Shown piece by piece: positions 7,636-15,265 of a stretch of DNA of 20,000 bases. Position numbers and translations under genes: made by a program. The notes under the pieces were generated by a model, which saw nothing but the letters and a program-made list of their open reading frames with translations, had not been told where the DNA came from and did no database searches. The stretch is taken from positions 53,227 through 73,226 of IMG/VR virus record IMGVR_UViG_3300032560_000010, one strand, 5' to 3'. Position 1 is the first letter of the stretch. Each line of letters opens with the position of its first letter. Source of the DNA: an uncultured virus (IMG/VR IMGVR_UViG_3300032560_000010) (Duplodnaviria > Heunggongvirae > Uroviricota > Caudoviricetes).

Positions 7636-8169
7636 TTAGAGGCCACCCGCATTTCCAGAGTTGCCACCATCAACCTGCCAATAATCATAAATGAATGTGA
7701 CATTGAAACGTTCAAATTGATTTACATCTCCCCAATCCAAACGAATAGGTTCAATTCTAGCAGGATAAATTCCATTTAGGGTATATTGTCTGATAATATT
7801 ACCTGTTTTACCGTATTGAATAACTTGAGCGGTTGATTTATAATTAACATTTTCTCTGATATTCTGCTGTTTCATATTGATAGAATCAGACCATGCTTCT
7901 AAAGCATTTCTCACTTTAAAATCTTCATCATTCATAACAGTTACAGTCCATGGATCATAAGTTCTGTCACCAGCAAAGTTGACAACACGACCAAAATATG
8001 GCACAGCTATATTTCCAAGTTGAGATTCAGGGATAGCCGATGCACTGGCTAGAAACTGAATTGAAGCATCTGCGCTACTATCTGTTGGATTAAAAATGTT
8101 AATCGAAAATGCAGTAGGACGAGCGCCTTGAAACTTGAAATTTGAAAGTACGTCAGTTACGTTAAACAT
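7636..8169 (-). CDS. gp19: Tail tube protein
   Basis: 177 aa; GARPTAF, VPYFGRVVNFAGDRTYDPWTVTVMNDEDFKVRNALEAW, LDWGDVNQFERFNVTFIYDYW. Confidence 0.97.
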   Translation of the reverse strand: MFNVTDVLSNFKFQGARPTAFSINIFNPTDSSADASIQFLASASAIPESQLGNIAVPYFGRVVNFAGDRTYDPWTVTVMNDEDFKVRNALEAWSDSINMKQQNIRENVNYKSTAQVIQYGKTGNIIRQYTLNGIYPARIEPIRLDWGDVNQFERFNVTFIYDYWQVDGGNSGNAGGL

Positions 8170-8181
8170 GAATAGGCTCCT

Positions 8182-10209
8182 TTATGAATACTGACCAATG
8201 ATTGTGTTGAATGCAACGCCTGTTCCAACAGCAACAAAATTCAATTGAATATAATTGATAGATTTTGCTGGCTTGATGTAAATATCGCCAACAAATTGAT
8301 TAGCATCAATTACAGCCCCTGTATTATTAGTGGAGTCACAAATAACTGTAAATGCAGATATACCAGATCTTCCTTGAATCTGTTGCAAATAAGGTACTAC
8401 CATATTTGTAAATTGTGCTTGTGTGAACGCATTATTGAATTCAAACAAACTGCTACGAGCTGCCTTAGAAATAGCAGCTTCCAAAGCAATGAACAATCTA
8501 CGAACATTGATTCTATCAAATGAACTTGGCTTTCCTATCATTGTCTTATCGCCGTACAAGATAGTTCCTTGGCCGGGGAATGTGACAATAGGATTGATAT
8601 CATTTTGATATAGAAGATCACGCTGAGCTTGGTTAGGATTGTAAAGTAATTTTGTGACGTTTTTGATTTGACCACGATTAAATCCAGCTGGTGACCACCA
8701 TGTATCACGGGCATAATCTGTTGCTACACATAGCCCAGCGATATCCCCATTAAGCGGAACCCAACGATAAACGTCATTATACTTATCGTATTGATACTTA
8801 TAAGATCCATCCATAACTGCATATGAGCTATTATAATTAATTCCAGCGACAGAATTTGTGCTATTTCTAAAGTTTACAGCATATTGATATGGAGACTGAC
8901 TAGAAATAATACTAGAATCAGGAGAAACAAATGCCATACAATCCATTCTTGCTTGAGCAATATTAGATATGATGTAGTTAGATAGTCCGCCTACGGAATT
9001 AGCTTTACCCTGAAGTACAAGAGATATTGAGATATCTTCTTTGCTTGCAAATAAGGCGAAGCCATTAGCAATTGCGCCCAAAGAGATAGTTCCTTCAGAA
9101 GATGAATCTACACCTTGGTTAAAATAGCCAGCATATGCATTAGTTGTTGTTGCATTTGTTAAAGAAGATCCGACGCCTGTAGCAGCTCCTATTCTATCTG
9201 TTATAGCATATACATAATTAGACATATAATTAAGAATATTTTTATAAAAATTGGTAGTTCCAGATGAAGTTTTGGAGTCTGTGGCACGAGACATAGCAGG
9301 CCACACTTCAAGAACCTGATTAGGATTATTTGAGAATTTACCATATGTATCCACAACCACAACATGGATTTCGTCTTGTGCGGTCAATCCAAGTCCAGAC
9401 ATAAATAGTGAAGTTCCGGGAGCCTTTGCAACCGAATTATAGAATTCCCAATAACGAGTTGTATTATTAGAAGACATTGTGATATTGGTAGGCAAGCTAT
9501 AATTAGATGCGAATGATACGGTGACCCCATTAGCATAGTATACAGCATTGGCAGAAACTTCCGCTCCAACTGGTGCGCCAATAGCAGAAACTTTTAAGAA
9601 CTGATATCCAATGGTTCCGTTACCAACCTGCACATAATCACCAACTGACAAGGCTCCTAGTACGCTGTTAGCTGCAACGTTACCACCACCTTGAACGGTA
9701 GACGATGCATTAACTGTGGCCACATTAGATCCAGTGGTGAAGGTTAGAGATGCAACGTTTGCTACTAGATTAGATGAATAAGCTGCCGCACTATCACAGA
9801 CAGATATACGAAGAGAATTACCCAAAGATCCTGCATATTTTGCTACGTATTGAATATTTGCACCAATTGTGGTATTAGCAAAATCGTTATAATTATCTAG
9901 CTGAGGAGCGGTGGCTGCACCTGTATTTGCAATAGCATTTTGAGCCTGAGAATCATATGCACGAACTACGTACAAAGCATTACCATATGCTAAGAAATTA
10001 GCAGCGGTAAAGAATGATTCATAAGTATTTGCATCTGGGCTACCGAAAGTATTCACCAGTTGGGATTCTGTGCTAATTAAAGTTGGAGTAAATGCTGGAC
10101 CCCAACGAAATACGCCAGCAAAACCACCTACAGTAGTTGCTACAGCTGGGATAGATGTAACTGTATCATATTCTTGGGTAACAACACCCGGACTTACCTG
10201 AATTACCAT
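8182..10209 (-). CDS. gp18: Contractile tail sheath protein
   Basis: 675 aa; SPGV, FRWGP, FFTAANFLAYGNALYVVRA, YQYDKYNDVYRWVPLNGDIAGLC, WWSPAGFNRGQI, FDRINVRRLF, IKPAKSINYIQLNFVA. Confidence 0.98.
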   Translation of the reverse strand: MVIQVSPGVVTQEYDTVTSIPAVATTVGGFAGVFRWGPAFTPTLISTESQLVNTFGSPDANTYESFFTAANFLAYGNALYVVRAYDSQAQNAIANTGAATAPQLDNYNDFANTTIGANIQYVAKYAGSLGNSLRISVCDSAAAYSSNLVANVASLTFTTGSNVATVNASSTVQGGGNVAANSVLGALSVGDYVQVGNGTIGYQFLKVSAIGAPVGAEVSANAVYYANGVTVSFASNYSLPTNITMSSNNTTRYWEFYNSVAKAPGTSLFMSGLGLTAQDEIHVVVVDTYGKFSNNPNQVLEVWPAMSRATDSKTSSGTTNFYKNILNYMSNYVYAITDRIGAATGVGSSLTNATTTNAYAGYFNQGVDSSSEGTISLGAIANGFALFASKEDISISLVLQGKANSVGGLSNYIISNIAQARMDCMAFVSPDSSIISSQSPYQYAVNFRNSTNSVAGINYNSSYAVMDGSYKYQYDKYNDVYRWVPLNGDIAGLCVATDYARDTWWSPAGFNRGQIKNVTKLLYNPNQAQRDLLYQNDINPIVTFPGQGTILYGDKTMIGKPSSFDRINVRRLFIALEAAISKAARSSLFEFNNAFTQAQFTNMVVPYLQQIQGRSGISAFTVICDSTNNTGAVIDANQFVGDIYIKPAKSINYIQLNFVAVGTGVAFNTIIGQYS

Positions 10210-10255
10210 TTCTATGCTCCTCTTATGGGATAAGACTTAAACTTCATCTTTGTTA

Positions 10256-10263
10256 TATTTATG
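10256..10263 (-). promoter_or_regulatory. Late promoter CATAAATA upstream of gp18
   Basis: Intergenic CATAAATA between the terminase stop and the gp18 RBS (AAGAGGAG). Confidence 0.7.
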
Positions 10264-10275
10264 AAAAGCCTATTC

Positions 10276-11472
10276 TTAAAAGAAGAAGTTGTCTTGTCCC
10301 GGAGCTTGATCGTCTGGATCGAAGTCTTTTAAATGAAAATCCATGTTATAAAACTCGTCATGAGAGACAGTTTCTTTATCATTATAAGAGTTAACATCAA
10401 AGAATCCAAATGGCGTTATAGAGTCTTCAATTAAAGCTTTATTGTCGATCCAAAGATCATCTCTTACATCAGTTCCTGTTTTATTTTTGAAATATGGTTG
10501 AGTTGCCATCCATGCAAATAGGACACAACACATAACCAAATCATCATGAGATCCTTCTTCAGCTTCATATGAAGCTTTATTTTCAACGAATCTGAATAAT
10601 TCGAATATTAGATTATAATCACTGAATAATAATTTTTCACCTTCAATTAAACTTTTTAAATTTGCACAACCTATTCGTTTAACTTGTTTTGTGGTTCGAA
10701 CGCCTCTTAGAGGTTTGACTTTATACGTTCCACCAATTCTGACACCAGCCCTTCCCTGAGTTTGGGTGAGTAGAACCCCATCATATTCTAGGTCATTATG
10801 GAGAATATCTGCTATCTGTTGACCATTATCATTAACTTCTATTAAAACTAATGCATTATTGAAATGCATTCCAGCTCTGTATATAATATTAGGGTATAAT
10901 AAAGGTGATATTTCGTTATCGTAATAAGTTGCAACTATTCTATATGGAATATCTGTCACATCCACTACAATAAATGCAGAATAATCTATACTAACCCCTC
11001 TTGACACGTCTACTGTCATTACATACGCATGATTAAGTTTTGGTTCCTCATATATTAAAAGATTCTCGTGTCTATTTATTGGCTCTTTCCATGTCAATTG
11101 GTGGAGCTTTTTAGCATCTATTAATGTATTTGTGGATCCTAGAAATTCACAATTATGCGATACAACATTATTTGTATAATAAGTATGACTTTCTGTGTTC
11201 ACTACATCATAAAACTCAAATTGTCCTGATGTGTATTCGGAGTGGATAACTTTTGATAATCCACTTTTTGTTAAGATTTTATCTGAATCTGTAATATTGT
11301 CTGATGTTTTCCAACCTGAATTCGTTAATAATTTATGGCCTAAAGCACATATAAGATTATCTCCAGACTCAAGTTGAATCTCTATTTTTCCATGTTTGAT
11401 AACTTTCTGAATACTAGAAAATGATTCAAACCCGTATGGTGTTCTAATTAGAGTGGATTGATCTGGTGTCAT
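10276..11472 (-). CDS. gp17: Large terminase C-terminal precursor: split-intein C-fragment (aa 1-107) fused to TerL nuclease domain (aa 108-398)
   Basis: After SHN the sequence continues CEFLGSTNTLID, then nuclease motifs TVDVSRGVSIDYSAF, LIEVNDNG, TTKQVKRIGCANLKSLIE, SYEAEEGSHDDLVM. Confidence 0.93.
   Translation of the reverse strand: MTPDQSTLIRTPYGFESFSSIQKVIKHGKIEIQLESGDNLICALGHKLLTNSGWKTSDNITDSDKILTKSGLSKVIHSEYTSGQFEFYDVVNTESHTYYTNNVVSHNCEFLGSTNTLIDAKKLHQLTWKEPINRHENLLIYEEPKLNHAYVMTVDVSRGVSIDYSAFIVVDVTDIPYRIVATYYDNEISPLLYPNIIYRAGMHFNNALVLIEVNDNGQQIADILHNDLEYDGVLLTQTQGRAGVRIGGTYKVKPLRGVRTTKQVKRIGCANLKSLIEGEKLLFSDYNLIFELFRFVENKASYEAEEGSHDDLVMCCVLFAWMATQPYFKNKTGTDVRDDLWIDNKALIEDSITPFGFFDVNSYNDKETVSHDEFYNMDFHLKDFDPDDQAPGQDNFFF
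11152..11472 (-). mobile_element. Split intein C-fragment (IntC), 107 aa, with blocks B, F and G
   Basis: Own ATG preceded in frame by TAA; IRTPYGF, block B ICALGHKL, block F FYDVVN..HTYY, block G NNVVSHN followed by Cys+1. Confidence 0.92.
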
Positions 11473-12022
11473 TTAATATATTCTCAATCGTTCTAGGTGC
11501 CACATTATGCTTTTTTGATTCAATTATGGCAAATTCTCTTAAATATGTCTTTAATTTACCATTTTTACTTTTAGTAGGTTCTAATGGTATATCATAATAG
11601 TTAGACTTATGTCTACTCTTAATATTTAAACATTCATTATCAGAAATTTTTAATTTACCATATCTATTACCTTGTCTGATTTTACTTAACTTATTTTTTG
11701 TTTCAATTGAATGGGGCTTACCTTTATTCCAAGGTATGGTTCCTTTTTTAACACCGCCTATTCTAGGTCTTTTTTTACCAGTTTGAATATTTTTGATATG
11801 ATCTGGACCCAGACCAATCCGCTTGGCAATCAACACTGCCGATCCCCAATCACCTTGTCGCATATGAATATTCATATGCTCATTAATACTGATACATGAT
11901 AAATTTGAAATATCATTATTAGCTCTGTTTCCATCTATATGATGAATTTCATATGAAAATCCAAATTCATCTTTTGGTATTTGGCCGTTCGATTCGGTCC
12001 AGATTTTTCTATAATTAGTCAT
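11444..12022 (-). CDS. Free-standing HNH homing endonuclease with NUMOD3-like and possible HTH DNA-binding regions
   Basis: 192 aa; YEIHHIDGNRANNDISNLSCISINEHMNIH (HNH), PWNKGKPHSIETKNKLS (NUMOD3-like), C-terminal KKHNVAPRTIENIL; sits between the two terminase halves. Confidence 0.9.
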   Translation of the reverse strand: MTNYRKIWTESNGQIPKDEFGFSYEIHHIDGNRANNDISNLSCISINEHMNIHMRQGDWGSAVLIAKRIGLGPDHIKNIQTGKKRPRIGGVKKGTIPWNKGKPHSIETKNKLSKIRQGNRYGKLKISDNECLNIKSRHKSNYYDIPLEPTKSKNGKLKTYLREFAIIESKKHNVAPRTIENILNDTRSIHSN

Positions 12023-12028
12023 ATTATC

Positions 12029-13882
12029 CTAAGAAGTCGTATTCTTATTATTTATAATGTCTTTGATTTTAACTTCTTTGGATTCACCATTTATTTGTAA
12101 TTCAACAATAGTATCTCCATCTACACACTCAAATTCTTGAGAAAATTGTCGTTCAGAGGTATTAGCAATGGTTTCTTCTTTCCATTCCTCATCTCTTCCC
12201 GGTATCATAGACCAATGGACTTCACACCTTACATATCTGTTTCTATTTTCTTCTGAATCTGTCCATATTTTATAGAAAAGATTCATTCCATTAGGAGTTG
12301 ATGTGATTAAAACTTTAGTTGTCTTACCAGACGATATAACAGGATAAACAGATGTAAAGAATTTTTCTTGAAGATTATTTTCAACGAATGCAAATTCATC
12401 AAGATATACTATATTATATGTTTGACCACGAGCAGATGATCCTGTAGTAGAAGTCGCAATGATTCTAGATTCATTCTCTAGTTCAATGTCACCTTCGTTC
12501 CATCTGATAACCCCTTGCTGTAACCATTTTGGTAGATACTCGAACATCATTTTGATACGCCCAAGAATTTCCCTAGCCTGAGAATCTTTATTAGCTAGAA
12601 TAGCAATTTTAAAATATTCGTTAAATAATATCTTATGAAGAAGATATGCCGCTACAGTTGTAGTATTATGAGTTGGAATTAATGTTTTACCCGCCAAAAA
12701 TAAATGTGACTCGTTATCTACCTGAAGACATCTCACAGGTCTAGTTTCTACTTCTTCTATAGATTCAATGTATAATCTGGAATTTTTAGGATGATCTTTA
12801 CAATTTTGAATACTTGATTTTCTAGGTAAATTAAATACACGCTCAATTGTTGTGAAATTTACAGTATAGTATGTAACATCATTTATTATTTTAGATAATT
12901 TAGTCGATTTTATTCCAAGAGAAGAAAGTAAAGTTCTAAATTCATCTATAAAATCTTCATTTCGTTGGTAAAATTCACAACCTCCATTTTGTTTTCTGAC
13001 TGAACCATCAGTGTCCATCAAACCTCTTAATAATTCTAAGCGAACTTCTTTCGATCCGAAAAGATATTCTTTTGGAATATGTTTATTTTTGAGTAAATTT
13101 TGTTTAGATAAATCTGATCTAAGGTCTTCCACTCTAATTCTTAGAACATTGGAGTTGCGCTTGTCTGCCAATACCGATTTAACTTTAAATTTATTTTTAT
13201 AATACTCGAAATCATCCTTATGACATGTTATCGTGCCGTCAGATGAAGTTCCGGCACCAAGCCATACTCCAAGAGTATATGGGTCTATGATATAATCATT
13301 TTTTCTATTAAATTCTACAGTTTTTGTAAAATTAATATAAGGACGATTTGATTTATGTAAATATGGAATTATTTCTTCAGTTGTTATAGTTTTTGTTCCA
13401 GTTCTCCAATTTACACAATCAACATCCCATAAATGCTCAGCATCTGCGATTATAGTATCTCCATTGGAGAATTTAACTTCATAACATTTTCTATTATTCA
13501 TTTCGTCTGTTATAAATACAATTTTTGTTTCTTTACCGTCAGGTCCATAGATGCTATCTCCAACTTTTAGATTTCTAAGTTTTTGAAATCCAAAAGGTGT
13601 TAATATATCTGTTTCAATATCTAAAGCTTTTCCAACCTGCCGAGGCATCTTACATATTACAAATCGGTTATCCTCAAATTTGAGGATCATTTCCTCTTGG
13701 AATCCCCATAGATTAAAATTTATCAATCCGTGGTCTACATGAACAATTTTACAATATGTTTTAATAAAATAAAGAATATCATCTGAACAACGGGCATATT
13801 CGTCTTCTTGTTCGTCAGTCCATGGTAGTCTTACATTTGCAGCTTTTAAATTTTTATTACCTAAATAATTTTCACGAGCCAT
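12029..13882 (-). CDS. gp17: Large terminase N-terminal precursor: ATPase domain interrupted by a cis-intein (aa 86-406) and ending in a split-intein N-fragment (aa 586-617)
   Basis: YLGNKNLK, LWGFQEEM, Walker A MPRQVGK|TTT, ILANK, IVYLDEFAF (Walker B), ITSTPNGMN, RQFSQEFE; follows gp16. Confidence 0.95.
   Translation of the reverse strand: MARENYLGNKNLKAANVRLPWTDEQEDEYARCSDDILYFIKTYCKIVHVDHGLINFNLWGFQEEMILKFEDNRFVICKMPRQVGKALDIETDILTPFGFQKLRNLKVGDSIYGPDGKETKIVFITDEMNNRKCYEVKFSNGDTIIADAEHLWDVDCVNWRTGTKTITTEEIIPYLHKSNRPYINFTKTVEFNRKNDYIIDPYTLGVWLGAGTSSDGTITCHKDDFEYYKNKFKVKSVLADKRNSNVLRIRVEDLRSDLSKQNLLKNKHIPKEYLFGSKEVRLELLRGLMDTDGSVRKQNGGCEFYQRNEDFIDEFRTLLSSLGIKSTKLSKIINDVTYYTVNFTTIERVFNLPRKSSIQNCKDHPKNSRLYIESIEEVETRPVRCLQVDNESHLFLAGKTLIPTHNTTTVAAYLLHKILFNEYFKIAILANKDSQAREILGRIKMMFEYLPKWLQQGVIRWNEGDIELENESRIIATSTTGSSARGQTYNIVYLDEFAFVENNLQEKFFTSVYPVISSGKTTKVLITSTPNGMNLFYKIWTDSEENRNRYVRCEVHWSMIPGRDEEWKEETIANTSERQFSQEFECVDGDTIVELQINGESKEVKIKDIINNKNTTS
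12032..12127 (-). mobile_element. Split intein N-fragment (IntN), 32 aa, block A only
   Basis: After ...SQEFE the ORF ends CVDGDTIVELQINGESKEVKIKDIINNKNTTS*, i.e. a Cys1 block A plus the K-I-K-D-I strand, then TAG. Confidence 0.9.
12049..12056 (-). promoter_or_regulatory. Canonical T4 late promoter TATAAATA inside IntN coding tail, upstream of the HNH gene
   Basis: Exact TATAAATA 26 nt upstream of the HNH ATG; the RBS AGGA overlaps the IntN TAG stop. Confidence 0.65.
12665..13627 (-). mobile_element. Class 3 cis-intein, 321 aa, with LAGLIDADG homing endonuclease domain, inserted in TerL Walker A
   Basis: Starts ALDIETDILTPFGF (Ala1); block B ADAEHLW; block C YTLGVWLGAG; block E LLRGLMDTDG; block F VRCLQVD; block G IPTHN|T. 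Removing it restores PRQVGKTTT. Confidence 0.93.
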
Positions 13883-14306
13883 TAATCTTCTTTTCTTTTA
13901 TTATTCTTAACATTTCTGTCGATGTTAATGTCAAGTTATTATTAATAGTTTGATTAGTAGGGCCATCTATATTCTTCATCAATTCTTTTTTCTTTTGATG
14001 AAGATCTAATACACCTTTAGTGGTTTCTCTGATAGTATCTACCAATTTAGCCACAACTTCATATGTCCTTGCGCTTTGCGATCGGTTAGCTAAGGTAGTC
14101 AAAGTACCCAAAGCTGATTGACTCTGCTCTAATGCCCCTAATAGGGCATCTCTGACCACATCAAAATCTCCGGCGGCTTGTTCAAAATCATTTTCAGGCG
14201 GAGAATGTTCTACCAATTCGACGTGATCTTGCTCTGGTAAAATCATCGGAGATAAGTTTAATAGTTGGGCGAGTTTATCTTTTTTTGGAGCTTCTTTTTC
14301 GCTCAT
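13872..14306 (-). CDS. gp16: Small terminase subunit
   Basis: DFDVVRDALL...SARTYEVVAKLVDTI...LDLHQKKKEL...INNNLTLTSTEML match gp16. Start moved to ATG 14306 (AAGGTG RBS), 144 aa; overlaps the gp17 start. Confidence 0.9.
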   Translation of the reverse strand: MSEKEAPKKDKLAQLLNLSPMILPEQDHVELVEHSPPENDFEQAAGDFDVVRDALLGALEQSQSALGTLTTLANRSQSARTYEVVAKLVDTIRETTKGVLDLHQKKKELMKNIDGPTNQTINNNLTLTSTEMLRIIKEKKINGS

Positions 14307-14356
14307 ATGACACCTTTTATCCAATAATTGATGGTTTATCTTTCATATATAGGCTT

Positions 14357-15265
14357 TTAAGTAAATAATGGTAAATCTGGTTCCATTGCATTACCAAAAT
14401 CAGCTTCACCGGGAAGGTCTGGATATGGATTTGTCTGGGTTGGTAAATTTTCTGTAAATGTAGTGATAAAGCCGTAATTGGAATTAGCCGTAATTTGAGA
14501 TGCTGGAATAGATTGAGACGCATTAGAAGTAGGCAATCCATTAGCAGTTAATCCCGGTTGAACCTCAAATGTTTGAGATATTGTAGCTGTTCCTATAGCA
14601 TTGGAAATATCCACTCCATCTGGTGGAATGCGGAGATTAATCGTGGCATCCGTGATTACACCCTGACGAGTGACAGGTCCAAAAAACCATGCCTTCATAG
14701 TAAACACCAAATCCCAAAGTACAAATTCTTTATTTTCAAAATTTCCACTATATGTATCAGTTGGTTGAACATTTTTTAATACCACAGGTATACTATAATT
14801 TTTACCAATTGAAGATATAAGATTTAATTCTTGATTCCAATTGGGAGTAAAAAATGGTAATATTTGCTCAATTATTCTGGTAGCATCTTCCGTATTTCTA
14901 CAAATTATTGATAATGTGAAGTCTATATTCCATGGAACTGGATTATAGACTGTAGACATAGTGCTGCCTGAATATGTGGAACTTAAAGTATCAATTGTAC
15001 TAAGTTTTCTTTCTGTATCGTAATAAAATCCTGTTATTTCGAATGCCATTCTTGGCAATACCATAGAAACTTCACGAAGAAGGTCTGGATTTTGTATCTG
15101 ACGAGTGAGATATCTTTCTTTCGGACCATAATCTAATGGAATTTTCATTGTTTGTTGTACCGAACCAGATGCATCAACTCTGTCAATAGAAATATCTGAA
15201 AATAATGATCCAAAGAATGTCACATATTTGCGAGTTAACCCGTTATAAAAGTTTTGACCTAACAT
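14357..15265 (-). CDS. gp15: Tail sheath stabiliser / tail terminator
   Basis: 302 aa; FYNGLTRKYVTFFGSLFSDI, IPLDYGPKERYL, LPRMAFEI, IIEQILPFFTP, FTMKAWFFGP. Confidence 0.95.
   Translation of the reverse strand: MLGQNFYNGLTRKYVTFFGSLFSDISIDRVDASGSVQQTMKIPLDYGPKERYLTRQIQNPDLLREVSMVLPRMAFEITGFYYDTERKLSTIDTLSSTYSGSTMSTVYNPVPWNIDFTLSIICRNTEDATRIIEQILPFFTPNWNQELNLISSIGKNYSIPVVLKNVQPTDTYSGNFENKEFVLWDLVFTMKAWFFGPVTRQGVITDATINLRIPPDGVDISNAIGTATISQTFEVQPGLTANGLPTSNASQSIPASQITANSNYGFITTFTENLPTQTNPYPDLPGEADFGNAMEPDLPLFT

Noticed and set aside
9400..9407. CATAAATA on the plus strand inside gp18
   Set aside because: Antisense within coding sequence with no downstream gene; expected by chance in AT-rich DNA.
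11073..11080. AATAAATA on the minus strand inside the TerL nuclease coding region
   Set aside because: No nearby downstream gene start; gp18 has its own motif at 10256.
11426..12031. Genome-wide TAG reassignment (alternative genetic code)
   Set aside because: All conserved genes are full length in the standard code; reading through the HNH TAG meets TGA after five more codons.
11152..12127. Group I intron explanation for the HNH gene inside gp17
   Set aside because: Only 6 non-coding nt separate the ORFs and the flanks encode complementary intein blocks, leaving no room for a ribozyme core.
10276..13882. Terminase pseudogene or sequencing frameshift
   Set aside because: ATPase and nuclease motifs are intact, and the break falls exactly between intein block A and the remainder, with separate start codons.
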